Assembly: GCA_964653835.1 (NCBI GenBank)
Contig: CAZZFZ010000001.1
Location: 19,746 to 75,687, forward strand
Reading direction: 5' to 3'
Source of the DNA: an uncultured Anaerolineales bacterium
GTDB lineage: Bacteria > Chloroflexota > Anaerolineae > Anaerolineales > UBA11858
Length of the DNA: 55,942 nucleotides
The position numbers and the translations under genes were made by a program. Shown one piece after another: positions 16,646-25,350 of this stretch (its first letter is position 1; every line of letters begins with the position of its first letter). The notes beneath the pieces are model-generated. The model was not told where the DNA came from. It made no database searches and saw nothing but the letters and a program-made list of their open reading frames with translations.

Positions 16646-18316
16646 ATGGATCGTCAACAAGTTATCAAACTGCTTGAAACCGCCCGCTGGTACGACCTCA
16701 CCCAGGCGTTGAGCATTTTCACGCCGCCGTACCCGGGCGAGATGCCGTTGCAGGTGCACTTCTTCAAGCGGCTGACCGGCTCCTTCGGCGGCGGCCAGGG
16801 CGCTAATGGTCAGTTGATTGAGTGGAGCAACAACAATGGCACGCATCTGGTGGGGCCGCGCGCCTTTCACTCCGGCGAGCGCGCCATCGCCGATATCCCC
16901 CTCACCGATTTGTGCGGTGAGGGCGTGATTGTGGATATCTCCGACGCGGTGGAGGATTACGGCCTCTACACCCCGGAGATGATTACCGAACGCGCCGAGG
17001 TTAAGAAGGGCGATATTCTCATTATCAACACCGGCTATCACAAATACGGCTGGGATCAGCCCGACATCCCCAACCCGGAGTGCCAGGGCGGCATCGAAAA
17101 TAAGGAGTTTGGCTACTATCTGCGCCACCCCGGCCCCTCGCCGGAGTTCTTCCCGTGGGCGCTGGATATGGAGCTGAAGGTCATCGGCGTGGATTGCGGC
17201 TCCGCCGAACACCCGATGAACACCAACCTGCGCTACATGCACGCCCGCGAGTTTGAGAAGGCGGAGGCCAAGCTCAAGGCGAAATACGGCAAGAGCTGGG
17301 ATGAGATGTTCCCGCCGGAGTGGTATCACAAGCTGACGCATATCACCATGCCCAAGGCGGGGCTGCTGCTGGCCGAATCCCTCGGCGGGCAGATTGACGA
17401 GCTGAGCAACCAGCGCGCCTGGATCATGCTTCAGCCGATCCCCTTCATGGAAGTTGAATCGGCCTGGAGCCGGGTGGTCGCTTTGCAGGCCCCCGAGGGG
17501 ATGGATGATGCTGAGTTCTTCGAGGCCATGCGACAGGTGGAGATGCTCGATATGACCCTGCCCTTTAGCGTGCAGACCCCGCAGTGGGCTAACTACGAGC
17601 CGCTGAGCGTCAAATACACCAAGCGCGTCGGTGGGCAGTATTTTGGCCTGGGGCGCAACAACGCCCATTGCCGCGCCAGCTTCCACTTGGCAACGCACAT
17701 GGATGGCGAGAAACACTTCCACGCTGGTGGGCGCACCATTGGCGAGATGCCCTTTGAGGCCTGGTTCGGCCCTGGGGCGGTGGCCGATATCTCCGAGTTC
17801 GTCAGTGATACCAGCGTGTATACCCCGGAGATGATCGAAAAGGTGGTCGAGGTGCGCGAGGGAGATATCCTGGTCATCAAGACTGGTTATCACAAATACG
17901 GCTGGAACAGCCCGGACTCAGATGAGTTCCGCTACATGATCCGGCATCCTGGCCCCTCACCTGATTTCGCTGACTGGTGCATCGAAAAGAAGATCAAGTG
18001 GTTGGCGGTGGATTGTGTGGCGATGGAGCACCCCATGAATACCATCCAGCGCATCTGGCACCCCAAGACCTTTGAGGAAGCCAACCAGAAGCTGATTGAA
18101 CAATACGGCGCGGACTGGGATACCGTCTATCCTCTGGATAAGTACTACCAGGATATGCACCTGAATCTGTTCCCCAAGGGCATCATCCACGCCGAGAACC
18201 TGGGTACTGATCTGGCGCGCATGGAGAGCGGCCGTTACTTCATCGGTTGCTTCGTGCAGAAGGGCATGGAGCTGGCCTCCTGCTGGGCGCGCTTTGTGGC
18301 TTTCAAAGAAAGCTGA
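16646..18316 (+). CDS. Tandem-domain cyclase-family protein (two kynurenine-formamidase-like domains fused)
   Basis: 556 aa. Both halves share 'GDIL.I.TGYHKYGW', 'RHPGPSP.F..W' and 'GVDC/AVDC...EHPMNT'. The second half keeps 'HLATHMDGEKH'; the first half has 'NNGTHLVGPRAFH'. SD GGAGG lies upstream. Confidence 0.85.
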   Translation: MDRQQVIKLLETARWYDLTQALSIFTPPYPGEMPLQVHFFKRLTGSFGGGQGANGQLIEWSNNNGTHLVGPRAFHSGERAIADIPLTDLCGEGVIVDISDAVEDYGLYTPEMITERAEVKKGDILIINTGYHKYGWDQPDIPNPECQGGIENKEFGYYLRHPGPSPEFFPWALDMELKVIGVDCGSAEHPMNTNLRYMHAREFEKAEAKLKAKYGKSWDEMFPPEWYHKLTHITMPKAGLLLAESLGGQIDELSNQRAWIMLQPIPFMEVESAWSRVVALQAPEGMDDAEFFEAMRQVEMLDMTLPFSVQTPQWANYEPLSVKYTKRVGGQYFGLGRNNAHCRASFHLATHMDGEKHFHAGGRTIGEMPFEAWFGPGAVADISEFVSDTSVYTPEMIEKVVEVREGDILVIKTGYHKYGWNSPDSDEFRYMIRHPGPSPDFADWCIEKKIKWLAVDCVAMEHPMNTIQRIWHPKTFEEANQKLIEQYGADWDTVYPLDKYYQDMHLNLFPKGIIHAENLGTDLARMESGRYFIGCFVQKGMELASCWARFVAFKES

Positions 18317-18324
18317 TCTCGCCA

Positions 18325-18368
18325 CGGCCTGACGGGTTTTGCTGACCTGTCAGGCCGTTTTGTCTCTT
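18325..18368 (+). terminator. Terminator-like hairpin abutting the next start codon
   Basis: CGGCCTGAC (18325-18333) pairs with GTCAGGCCG (18349-18357). It is followed by TTTTGTCTCTT and then ATG 18369. Confidence 0.45.
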
Positions 18369-19238
18369 ATGATCCTTGTCACGGGCGCAGCAGGCAAAAC
18401 CGGGCGGGCGGTGATCCAGGCTCTGGCGACGGTGGGAGCCTCGGTGCGGGCTTTTGTCCACCGCCAGGAACAACGAGCCACCGTCGAAGCGCTCGGCGCG
18501 CGGGAAGTGTTCTGTGGTGATCTGCGCGACCCTCAGGCGCTGGCGCAGGCGGCGCAGGGCGTGCGGGCTGTGTATCACATCTGCCCCAACGTCCACCCCG
18601 ATGAGTTTGCTATTGGCAGCGAGGTGATCGCCGCGGCCGCCGCTGCGGATGTGAAGCACTTTGTCTTTCATTCGGTGCTGCATCCCCAAACCGAGGCCAT
18701 GCCGCACCACTGGCACAAACTCCGCGTGGAAGAGCGTTTGTTTGAGTCCGGTTTGCCTTTCACCATTTTGCAGCCTACGGCTTATATGCAAAACATCCTG
18801 GCCTATTGGCCGCAAATCGCTGAAGAGGGTGTCTATCCCGTCCCCTACAATGTGGACGCCCAGACCTGCCTGGTGGATCTGGTCGATGTGGCTGAGGTTG
18901 CCGCGCAGGTGTTGACGCGTCCCGGACACGTCGGCGCGACCTATGAACTGGTTGGCACGGATGCGCTCACTCCAAGGGCGATCGCCGGAGAACTCGGCGC
19001 CCATCTGGGTCAACCCGTCGCCGCCCATCAGACTCCGGTTGAGGATTGGCGACGTCAGGCCGCCGACAAGTTGAGTGGATATGCCCTCGATGCCCTGACT
19101 CGTATGTTTGTCTATTATGACCGTTATGGGTTGCGCGGCAACTCGAAAGTGTTGACTTGCCTGTTGGGTCGCGCGCCGACCTCACTGAAGCAGTTTCTGC
19201 GGCGCGAACGCCCGCAACCCAACGAAACTCTGGCGTGA
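18369..19238 (+). CDS. NmrA-like / atypical SDR NAD(P)-binding protein
   Basis: N-terminal Rossmann motif 'MILVTGAAGKTGRAV'. Start chosen at ATG 18369; the track ORF opens at TTG 18339. Confidence 0.85.
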   Translation: MILVTGAAGKTGRAVIQALATVGASVRAFVHRQEQRATVEALGAREVFCGDLRDPQALAQAAQGVRAVYHICPNVHPDEFAIGSEVIAAAAAADVKHFVFHSVLHPQTEAMPHHWHKLRVEERLFESGLPFTILQPTAYMQNILAYWPQIAEEGVYPVPYNVDAQTCLVDLVDVAEVAAQVLTRPGHVGATYELVGTDALTPRAIAGELGAHLGQPVAAHQTPVEDWRRQAADKLSGYALDALTRMFVYYDRYGLRGNSKVLTCLLGRAPTSLKQFLRRERPQPNETLA

Positions 19239-19239
19239 T

Positions 19240-19268
19240 TTGATTTCTGACATGTGATTTGTTATAAC
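19240..19268 (+). promoter_or_regulatory. Candidate sigma-A promoter for the Mo-hydroxylase genes
   Basis: TTGATT (19240-19245), 17-nt spacer, TATAAC (19263-19268). The -10 sits inside the perfect palindrome GTTATAAC. Confidence 0.35.
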
Positions 19269-19300
19269 GTCATGTGTGAGGAGCAAAGGAGAAGAACCCT

Positions 19301-20194
19301 ATGAAGCCACCCCCATTCGAGTATTATGCTCCTGCTTCGCTGGAAGAGGCTCTGGCGTTGATGGCCGAACACGGCTGGGACGCCAAGCCGCTGGCCGGTG
19401 GGCAAAGCCTGATCCCAATGATGAACTTCCGCCTTGCCCAACCGGAGGTGCTGGTGGACCTGAACGGCATCGCGGAGCTGGGGTATATCCGCGCAGCGGA
19501 TGACGGCGGCGTGTTGATCGGCGCGATGGCGCGCCACAAGACGGTTCAGCATGATGCCCTGATCGCCGAGCGCGCCCCGCTGGTGCACGAAACCATGCCC
19601 AAAATCGCCACCCAGCAGATCCGCAACCGCGGCACCTTTGGCGGCAGCCTGGCGCACGCCGACCCTGCCGCCGAGCTGGTCTCCGTCAGCATGGTGTTGG
19701 ATGGGCGCATGCGTTTGCAGAGCGCGCAGGGAGAGCGCTGGGTGTCAGCGAGCGAGTTTTTCATCAGCCTGTTCACGACCGCGCTGGAGCCGGAAGAATT
19801 ACTGGTTGAAGTACACCTGCCGCCGCTGCCGGAGCGCGCTGGATGGTCGCTACAAGAGGTCGCCCGCCGTCCGCATGATTTTGCTTTGATGGGCGTCGCC
19901 GCGGTGGTCAGCCTGGACGAGGATGGGAAGTGTAACTTCGCCCGGCTGAGTTACCTCAGCGCTGGCGATGGCCCGATGGAAGGGCGGCAGGCTGCCGCGG
20001 TGTTGGTGGGCGAGAAGCCTTCCGCCGAGGCGATCCGGGCCGCGGCTGAAGCGGGCGCCTCGCTGGACATCGAACCAAGCGATGACATTCACGCCACGGC
20101 GGAGTTCCGCCGCCACCTGGCGAACGTGCTTACCCGTAGGGCGTTGGAAGAAGCCTTTGCGCTGGCTAGCGGGCAGCGAAGGAGCGAACCATGA
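19301..20194 (+). CDS. Molybdenum hydroxylase FAD-binding (medium, CoxM/XdhB-like) subunit
   Basis: 'LAGGQSLIPMMNFRLA', 'IRNRGT.GGSLAHADP' and 'ATAEFRRHL' are typical of the CO-dehydrogenase flavoprotein family. The stop overlaps the next start (ATGA). Confidence 0.9.
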   Translation: MKPPPFEYYAPASLEEALALMAEHGWDAKPLAGGQSLIPMMNFRLAQPEVLVDLNGIAELGYIRAADDGGVLIGAMARHKTVQHDALIAERAPLVHETMPKIATQQIRNRGTFGGSLAHADPAAELVSVSMVLDGRMRLQSAQGERWVSASEFFISLFTTALEPEELLVEVHLPPLPERAGWSLQEVARRPHDFALMGVAAVVSLDEDGKCNFARLSYLSAGDGPMEGRQAAAVLVGEKPSAEAIRAAAEAGASLDIEPSDDIHATAEFRRHLANVLTRRALEEAFALASGQRRSEP

Positions 20195-20667
20195 GCGAGT
20201 TATTCAAATTGAAAGTAACCGTTAACGGCGAAGTGTATGAGCGCGAGGTGGAACCGCGCCTGTTGTTGAGCGATTTCCTGCGCCACGAGCTGGGGCTGAC
20301 CGGCACGCACGTTGGTTGTGAACATGGCGTCTGTGGTGCCTGTACCGTACTGCTGGATGGCGAAGCGGTGCGTTCGTGTTTGATGTTTGCCCCCCAGGCT
20401 CACGGACGCGAGATCGTCACCGTGGAGGGGCTGGGGACCATTGATGAGATGCATCCGCTGCAGCAAGCGTTTCAGGAGGCCCACGGCCTGCAATGCGGCT
20501 TCTGCACCCCGGGTTTCCTCACCTCGTTGATTCCTTTCCTGGAGGAGAACCCCAACCCCAGCGAAGAAGAGATCCGCGAAGCGATTTCAGGTAACCTGTG
20601 CCGTTGCACGGGGTATGTGCACATTGTGGAAGCGGTTAAGCTGGCAGCCGAGAAGATGAACGCCTGA
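20191..20667 (+). CDS. Molybdenum hydroxylase [2Fe-2S] (small, CoxS-like) subunit
   Basis: Cys motifs 'CEHGVCGACTV', 'CGFCTPG' and 'CRCTGY'. 158 aa. Confidence 0.92.
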   Translation: MSELFKLKVTVNGEVYEREVEPRLLLSDFLRHELGLTGTHVGCEHGVCGACTVLLDGEAVRSCLMFAPQAHGREIVTVEGLGTIDEMHPLQQAFQEAHGLQCGFCTPGFLTSLIPFLEENPNPSEEEIREAISGNLCRCTGYVHIVEAVKLAAEKMNA

Positions 20668-20717
20668 CGCGTTCGGGCGCACCCCCCGCGCCCAGACGGT
20701 GTTATAAGGAGAGTACC

Positions 20718-23060
20718 GTGACAAAGAAATTTGTTGGCCAACGCGTTAAACGCAACGAGGACCCTCGTTTGCTAACCGGGCAGGCGTTGTTCGTGGATGA
20801 TGTAGACATCCCCGGCATGCTGCATGCGGCTTTCTTGCGCAGCGATTACGCTCATGCCCGCATCGTGCGAATTGATACCACGCGCGCCCGTCAACGCCCC
20901 GGCGTGGTGGCGGTTTACACCGCCGAGGATATGGGCGCGGATTGGCAACCCGGCCCACCGCTGGTTTCGCCGCCCCCCACCGTGGAAGATGTGACGTTCT
21001 ACTCCCGGCGGCAACCCCCTTTGGTGAAAGAGAAAGTCCGTCACGCGGGCGAGGCGATTGCCGTGGTCATCGCCGAGAGCCGCTACATCGCCGAGGACGC
21101 AGTGGATGACATCGAGATTGAGTACGAGCCGCTGCCCGCGGTGGTGGATATGGAAGCCGCCCTGGAGCCAGGCAGCGCCCTGGTGCACGATGATCTCGAA
21201 TCCAACCTGGCGGCGCATCTATATCAGCAGAAAGGGGATTACGAAGCGGCGCGCCAGGAGGCCGATCTTGTCATCCGTCGTCGCATTGTGATTGACCGCG
21301 GCGCGGCAGCAGCGATGGAAAACCGCGGCATCGTCGCCTGGTGGGATGAGCGCAGCCAGCAGTTGACCATCTGGGATACCACGCAGGCGCCGATCCCCAT
21401 TCGCAACGGCACGGCCGCCCGGTTGGGGCTTTCTGAGAATCAGGTGCGGGTGATCGCTCCCTTTGTCGGCGGTGGGTTCGGCCCCAAGATCATGATGTTC
21501 TACCCCGAGGAGATGCTCATCCCCTGGGTCTCCATGCAGTTGGGCCGTCCCGTCAAGTGGATTGAGGACCGCCGCGAGAACTTCTACGCTACCACGCAGG
21601 AACGCGGCCAGATTCACGATGTGGAGATCGCTCTTTCGAAGGATGGGCGCATCCTGGGGCTGAAGGATGATTTTCTGCACGACACTGGCGCTTATGACCC
21701 CTATGGCCTGACCATCCCGCTGAACACGCAGAGCCACGTCATGGGGGGGTACGATATTCAGAACTTCTCTTCGGAGTTCAAGGTCGTTTTCACCAATAAG
21801 ACCATCGTCACGCCGGTGCGCGGCGCGGGACGTCCGCAGGGGATCTTCGTCATCGAGCGCATGCTGGATATCGCCGCCCGCGAGCTGGGCATGGATCCGA
21901 TTGAGCTGCGCATGAAGAACTTCATCCCGCCGGATAAATTCCCTTACCACCATCAGATCATCGATCAGGCCTTTGCCGAGTTGATCTTCGACAGCGGCAA
22001 CTACAAGCCGGTGATGGAGAAGGCGCTGGAGTTGATCGGCTACGAAAAATTCATCAAAGAAGAGCAGCCGCGCCTGCGTAAAGAAGGTCGCTACGCCGGC
22101 ATCGCTGTCGCCCCGTTTGTCGAGACTTCGGGCGTTGGGCCATACGAGGGCGCGCGCATTCAAATTGAACCCAGCGGACGCGTCAACCTGGCGACCGGTA
22201 TCGGCACGCAGGGGCAGGGGCATTTCACCTCCTTTGCCCAGATCGTCGCCGAGCAACTCGGCGTGGACGTTACCGATGTGCGTGTAGTCACGGGCGACAC
22301 CGCTGAGTTTCACTGGGGCACCGGGACGTTCGCCAGTCGCGGCGCGGTAGTCGCTGGCAACGCGGTGTTGGCGGCGGCGACCAACGTCCGCAAGAAGGTG
22401 CTCAAGCTGGCCAGTAAGGTGTTGGAGGCGCCGGAGGACGAGCTGGAAATTGAGGACGGCGTGGTGCGCGTGGCGGATGTGCCCCGCATTTCGATCTCGC
22501 TGGGTGAGCTGGCTGCGCTGGCCAACCCCTTGCGTGGCGCGGTTGAACCTGGCACAGAGCCGGGCTTGGAATCCACCGATTACTTCGGGCCACAGTATGG
22601 CGCGGCGGCTTTCGGTGTCCACGCCATGATCCTGGAAGTGGACCCGGAAACCATGATGGTGGAGATTAAGCGTTACGTGGTGGTCGAGGACTGCGGTGTG
22701 ATGCTCAACCCGACCATCGTGGAAGGGCAAATCCACGGTGGTGTCTCCATGGGTGTCGGGCAGGCGTTTTACGAGAAACTGCACTACGATGATAACGGCC
22801 AGTTACTCAACGCCTCGCTGATGGATTATCTGATCCCCACGGCGCATGAAATGCCGCGCGAGTTCAAAGTTGGACACCTGGAGACGCGCTCGCCGTTGAA
22901 CACGTTGGGGAGCAAAGGCGTGGGCGAGGCTGGCGCCATCCCCGTGCCGGCGTTATTCGCCCAGGCGCTGGAGAACGCCTTCCAGGATCGCAAGTTGGAG
23001 ATCCTGGAGACTCCGCTCAGCCCCAACCGCTTGTTTGAGTTGTTGCACGAGGAGAGTTGA
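20718..23060 (+). CDS. Molybdenum hydroxylase molybdopterin-binding (large, CoxL/XdhA-family) subunit; not a bona fide CO dehydrogenase
   Basis: 780 aa. 'VGQRVKRNEDPRLLTGQALFVDD' N-terminus. The active-site loop reads 'TPVRGAGRPQG' rather than the form-I CODH 'AYxCSFR'. 'GSKGVGEAG' lies near the C-terminus. GTG start with AAGGAG upstream. Confidence 0.92.
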   Translation: MTKKFVGQRVKRNEDPRLLTGQALFVDDVDIPGMLHAAFLRSDYAHARIVRIDTTRARQRPGVVAVYTAEDMGADWQPGPPLVSPPPTVEDVTFYSRRQPPLVKEKVRHAGEAIAVVIAESRYIAEDAVDDIEIEYEPLPAVVDMEAALEPGSALVHDDLESNLAAHLYQQKGDYEAARQEADLVIRRRIVIDRGAAAAMENRGIVAWWDERSQQLTIWDTTQAPIPIRNGTAARLGLSENQVRVIAPFVGGGFGPKIMMFYPEEMLIPWVSMQLGRPVKWIEDRRENFYATTQERGQIHDVEIALSKDGRILGLKDDFLHDTGAYDPYGLTIPLNTQSHVMGGYDIQNFSSEFKVVFTNKTIVTPVRGAGRPQGIFVIERMLDIAARELGMDPIELRMKNFIPPDKFPYHHQIIDQAFAELIFDSGNYKPVMEKALELIGYEKFIKEEQPRLRKEGRYAGIAVAPFVETSGVGPYEGARIQIEPSGRVNLATGIGTQGQGHFTSFAQIVAEQLGVDVTDVRVVTGDTAEFHWGTGTFASRGAVVAGNAVLAAATNVRKKVLKLASKVLEAPEDELEIEDGVVRVADVPRISISLGELAALANPLRGAVEPGTEPGLESTDYFGPQYGAAAFGVHAMILEVDPETMMVEIKRYVVVEDCGVMLNPTIVEGQIHGGVSMGVGQAFYEKLHYDDNGQLLNASLMDYLIPTAHEMPREFKVGHLETRSPLNTLGSKGVGEAGAIPVPALFAQALENAFQDRKLEILETPLSPNRLFELLHEES

Positions 23061-23100
23061 ATCGTTTCGCGAATTACATTTATGAGGAGAGGAAGCTGAC

Positions 23101-23553
23101 ATGAAGATATCTGGCGAATATGTTTTTGACGGCCAGCGTGATGTGCTCTGGCAGGCCCTCCGTGACCCGGAGGTGCTTGCCAACGCCATGCCGGGGACAC
23201 AGCGCCTTGAGAAAATCAGTGATACAGAGTATCAGGGGGAAATGAAAGTCCGCATCGGTCCCGTTGGGGGGAGCTTCAGCGGGAAGATCACGGTATCGGA
23301 CGAAGTGCCACCAGAACGTTACACCATGACGGTGGAAGGCCAGGGCAAAACCGGCTTTCTCAAGGGAGTGGGGCGGATCGAGCTGGAAGACCTGGGAGAT
23401 GGCACAACGCGCATGGTTTACACGGGGGAGGTGCAGATCGGCGGCAAAGTTGCCAGCGTGGGACAACGTCTGTTTGACACCGTGAGCAAGAACATCATCC
23501 GTCAAGGACTGGATAAGATCAACGAATCTTTGAAAGCCCGCCCCTCAACATAG
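23101..23553 (+). CDS. CoxG-like SRPBCC protein
   Basis: 150 aa. 'MKISGEY.F......W..L.DPEVL...MPG' and '..G.....G.V.IGG..ASVGQRL' fit the carbon monoxide dehydrogenase subunit G family. Confidence 0.85.
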   Translation: MKISGEYVFDGQRDVLWQALRDPEVLANAMPGTQRLEKISDTEYQGEMKVRIGPVGGSFSGKITVSDEVPPERYTMTVEGQGKTGFLKGVGRIELEDLGDGTTRMVYTGEVQIGGKVASVGQRLFDTVSKNIIRQGLDKINESLKARPST

Positions 23554-23567
23554 AAAGGATCAACGCA

Positions 23568-23720
23568 GTGACAGACGTCAAGCCGAGCAACGCAGAGGAA
23601 AAGAAAGCCGGGAAAGGGACGATGTCCGGTGGCGTGCTCTCTCCGGTGCAGTTTACCCTGGTTTTCCTCTCCATCATGGTAGTTATCCTTCTCGTGGCGT
23701 ACGTTGCCAATATGGGATAA
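23568..23720 (+). CDS. Small (50 aa) single-pass membrane peptide
   Basis: Not in the track because it is under 60 aa. GTG 23568 has AAAGGA 8 nt upstream. Translation is 'VTDVKPSNAEEKKAGKGTMSGGVLSPVQFTLVFLSIMVVILLVAYVANMG'. The stop is followed immediately by a terminator. Confidence 0.45.
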   Translation: MTDVKPSNAEEKKAGKGTMSGGVLSPVQFTLVFLSIMVVILLVAYVANMG

Positions 23721-23748
23721 AGCGGCTGTAATTTAGGCCGCTTTTTTA
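23721..23748 (+). terminator. Rho-independent terminator ending the Mo-hydroxylase operon
   Basis: AGCGGC, 10-nt loop, GCCGCT, followed by TTTTTTATTT. Confidence 0.7.
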
Positions 23749-23874
23749 TTTCCCTCAAATCGGAAAGGAGGTGATGCCCGGAGATGATTGTTGCAGCCTG
23801 GTCAGCCGGGGGCTGCTCCTCAAATACCTGGTTGAGTTGGATCGTTTTTCGATAGACCAAAAGGAGAATGAAAC

Positions 23875-25227
23875 ATGGCTATTGCGGAACGCAAAATTGC
23901 AGGGTATCTCCCCAATGAGGCTCCGCCGTTCGGGCGCATGGTTGTGCTAGGGTTCCAGCACGTGTTGACCATGTTCCCCGCCACGGTTTTCTGTGCGCTC
24001 TTCACAGGCTTCCACGTCTCAACTGTGTTGTTTGTCGCCGGGCTGGCGACGGTTGTGGCGTTGATCCTCTCGAAGCTGGGCATCGGCAAGTTTATCCCCT
24101 TGTTCTATGGTTCGAGCTTTAGCTACCTGGCCGCCTACCTGGCGATCACCAACGCCGAATGGGGTGTTCCCGCTTCCGACGAGTTAATCAGCACCATGCA
24201 GGCGGGCATCCTGGTCACCGGCGTGTTCAACATCATTGTCGGCCTGATCATCAAAGCCGTTGGCAAAGAAGCCATTGATAAGGTCCTGCCGCCGGTGGTC
24301 ACCGGCTCGGTGGCAGCGATCATCGGCTTTGGCCTGGGTTTTGCCGCCCTTGATATGGCTTCGGTCAACTGGACTGTTGCTTTCATCACCCTGATAACCA
24401 CGATCCTGCTCTCGGCGTATTTGCAGGGGAGGGGCTTCATTGGCATGATCCCCATCCTTCTAGGCGCTATTGTTGGTTATGTTGTTTCGATCCCCCTGGG
24501 CTTGGTGGATTTTTCCGGCGTGGCCGCGGCGAACTGGCTGGTGGTGCCGCACTTCACCTTCCCCACGTTTAGCGGCCCCATGGTGGTGACGGCCATCTTC
24601 AGCATCAGTGTGATGGCGCTGGCCACCATTCCGGAGTCCACCGCTCACCTTTATCAGATCAGTCTGTATGTTGACCGCTTCGCCGAGCAGATTGGCGAGG
24701 AGCCTTATCACCTGGATGAGTACATCGGCTTCAACCTGATCCTGGATGGCCTGGGCGACATGATTAACGGCCTCTTCGGTTCGACGGCCGGGACAAACTA
24801 CGGTGAGAACAACTCGCTGATGGCGATCACGCTGAACTACTCCGGTCCGGTGTTGATCGCTGCTGGTGTGATCTCCATGTTGCTGGGCTTCATCGGCAAA
24901 CTGGAGGCGTTGGTGGCCTCCGTTCCGATTGCCGTCAGCGGTGGTCTGGCGATCTACCTCTTCGGCGTGATCGGCATGCAGGGCATCGCCCTGATGGTGG
25001 AGAACAACGTCAGCCTGTTCAACGCCCGGACGCTGGCCGTTGGCGCGGTAATTATGGTCATCGGCATCGGCGGCAACATCGGTTATCCGGGCGGCTTCCT
25101 GCCGATCCCTATCATGCAGGGGATATTCCCGCAAGGCCTGCCTGCCATCGCCACCGCGGCGGTTGTCGGCATCCTGTTGAACGCGGTTTTCCTGATCTTC
25201 AAACCACCCGAAACCAACTACGGGTGA
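23875..25227 (+). CDS. NCS2/NAT-family nucleobase permease, UraA (uracil)-like
   Basis: 450 aa polytopic protein. 'LGFQHVLTMFPATV' N-terminus. The NAT signature reads 'GENNSLMAIT', Glu-Asn as in UraA 'GENIGVMAIT' rather than Gln-Asn as in xanthine/urate carriers. Confidence 0.88.
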   Translation: MAIAERKIAGYLPNEAPPFGRMVVLGFQHVLTMFPATVFCALFTGFHVSTVLFVAGLATVVALILSKLGIGKFIPLFYGSSFSYLAAYLAITNAEWGVPASDELISTMQAGILVTGVFNIIVGLIIKAVGKEAIDKVLPPVVTGSVAAIIGFGLGFAALDMASVNWTVAFITLITTILLSAYLQGRGFIGMIPILLGAIVGYVVSIPLGLVDFSGVAAANWLVVPHFTFPTFSGPMVVTAIFSISVMALATIPESTAHLYQISLYVDRFAEQIGEEPYHLDEYIGFNLILDGLGDMINGLFGSTAGTNYGENNSLMAITLNYSGPVLIAAGVISMLLGFIGKLEALVASVPIAVSGGLAIYLFGVIGMQGIALMVENNVSLFNARTLAVGAVIMVIGIGGNIGYPGGFLPIPIMQGIFPQGLPAIATAAVVGILLNAVFLIFKPPETNYG

Positions 25228-25257
25228 TCCCTTACCACGTTTCGTGTAGTGCGCTTG

Positions 25258-25283
25258 CAGGCGCCTGGGCAACCGGGCGCCTG
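25258..25283 (+). terminator. Hairpin downstream of the permease gene (weak terminator)
   Basis: CAGGCGCC, 10-nt loop, GGCGCCTG. No immediate T-run. Confidence 0.4.
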
Positions 25284-25321
25284 TAATGGTTGATGTTTTG
25301 GCGGCGATTGGTGAAATGAAT

Positions 25322-25350
25322 TTGACACCAGCAGAGCATTTATGTAAAAT
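25322..25350 (+). promoter_or_regulatory. Near-consensus sigma-A promoter for BMP-ABC importer 1
   Basis: TTGACA (25322-25327), 17-nt spacer, TAAAAT (25345-25350). It leaves a leader of about 150 nt before ATG 25507. Confidence 0.55.

Noticed and set aside
15253-17893. 393-aa and 432-aa minus-strand ORFs (15253-16434 and 16595-17893); similar cases at 21219-22784, 26912-28489, 36058-37572 and 25543-26817
   Set aside because: All lie opposite genes with strong family signatures (DUF1116, cyclase, CoxL-like, ABC ATPases, BMP proteins). All show the Arg/His/Gly/Asp-rich composition of antisense frames.
20718-23060. Calling the CoxL-like gene an aerobic carbon monoxide dehydrogenase
   Set aside because: The active-site loop is VRGAGR-type, not AYxCSFR. 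No coxDEF-like maturation genes are present. The context is nucleobase uptake and deamination.
23784-23855. Possible 23-codon leader peptide (MIVAAWSAGGCSSNTWLSWIVFR) upstream of the permease gene
   Set aside because: The SD spacing is poor: 12 nt for this ATG and 2 nt for ATG 23774. The Trp codons have no obvious link to nucleobase sensing, and I cannot assess conservation. The evidence is insufficient.
23749-23874. Purine/xanthine-type riboswitch upstream of the permease (also considered for 25351-25506)
   Set aside because: I could not find the conserved three-way-junction core strings of the purine riboswitch as I remember them. This needs an Rfam scan. The 25351-25506 leader is kept only as an unclassified structured leader.
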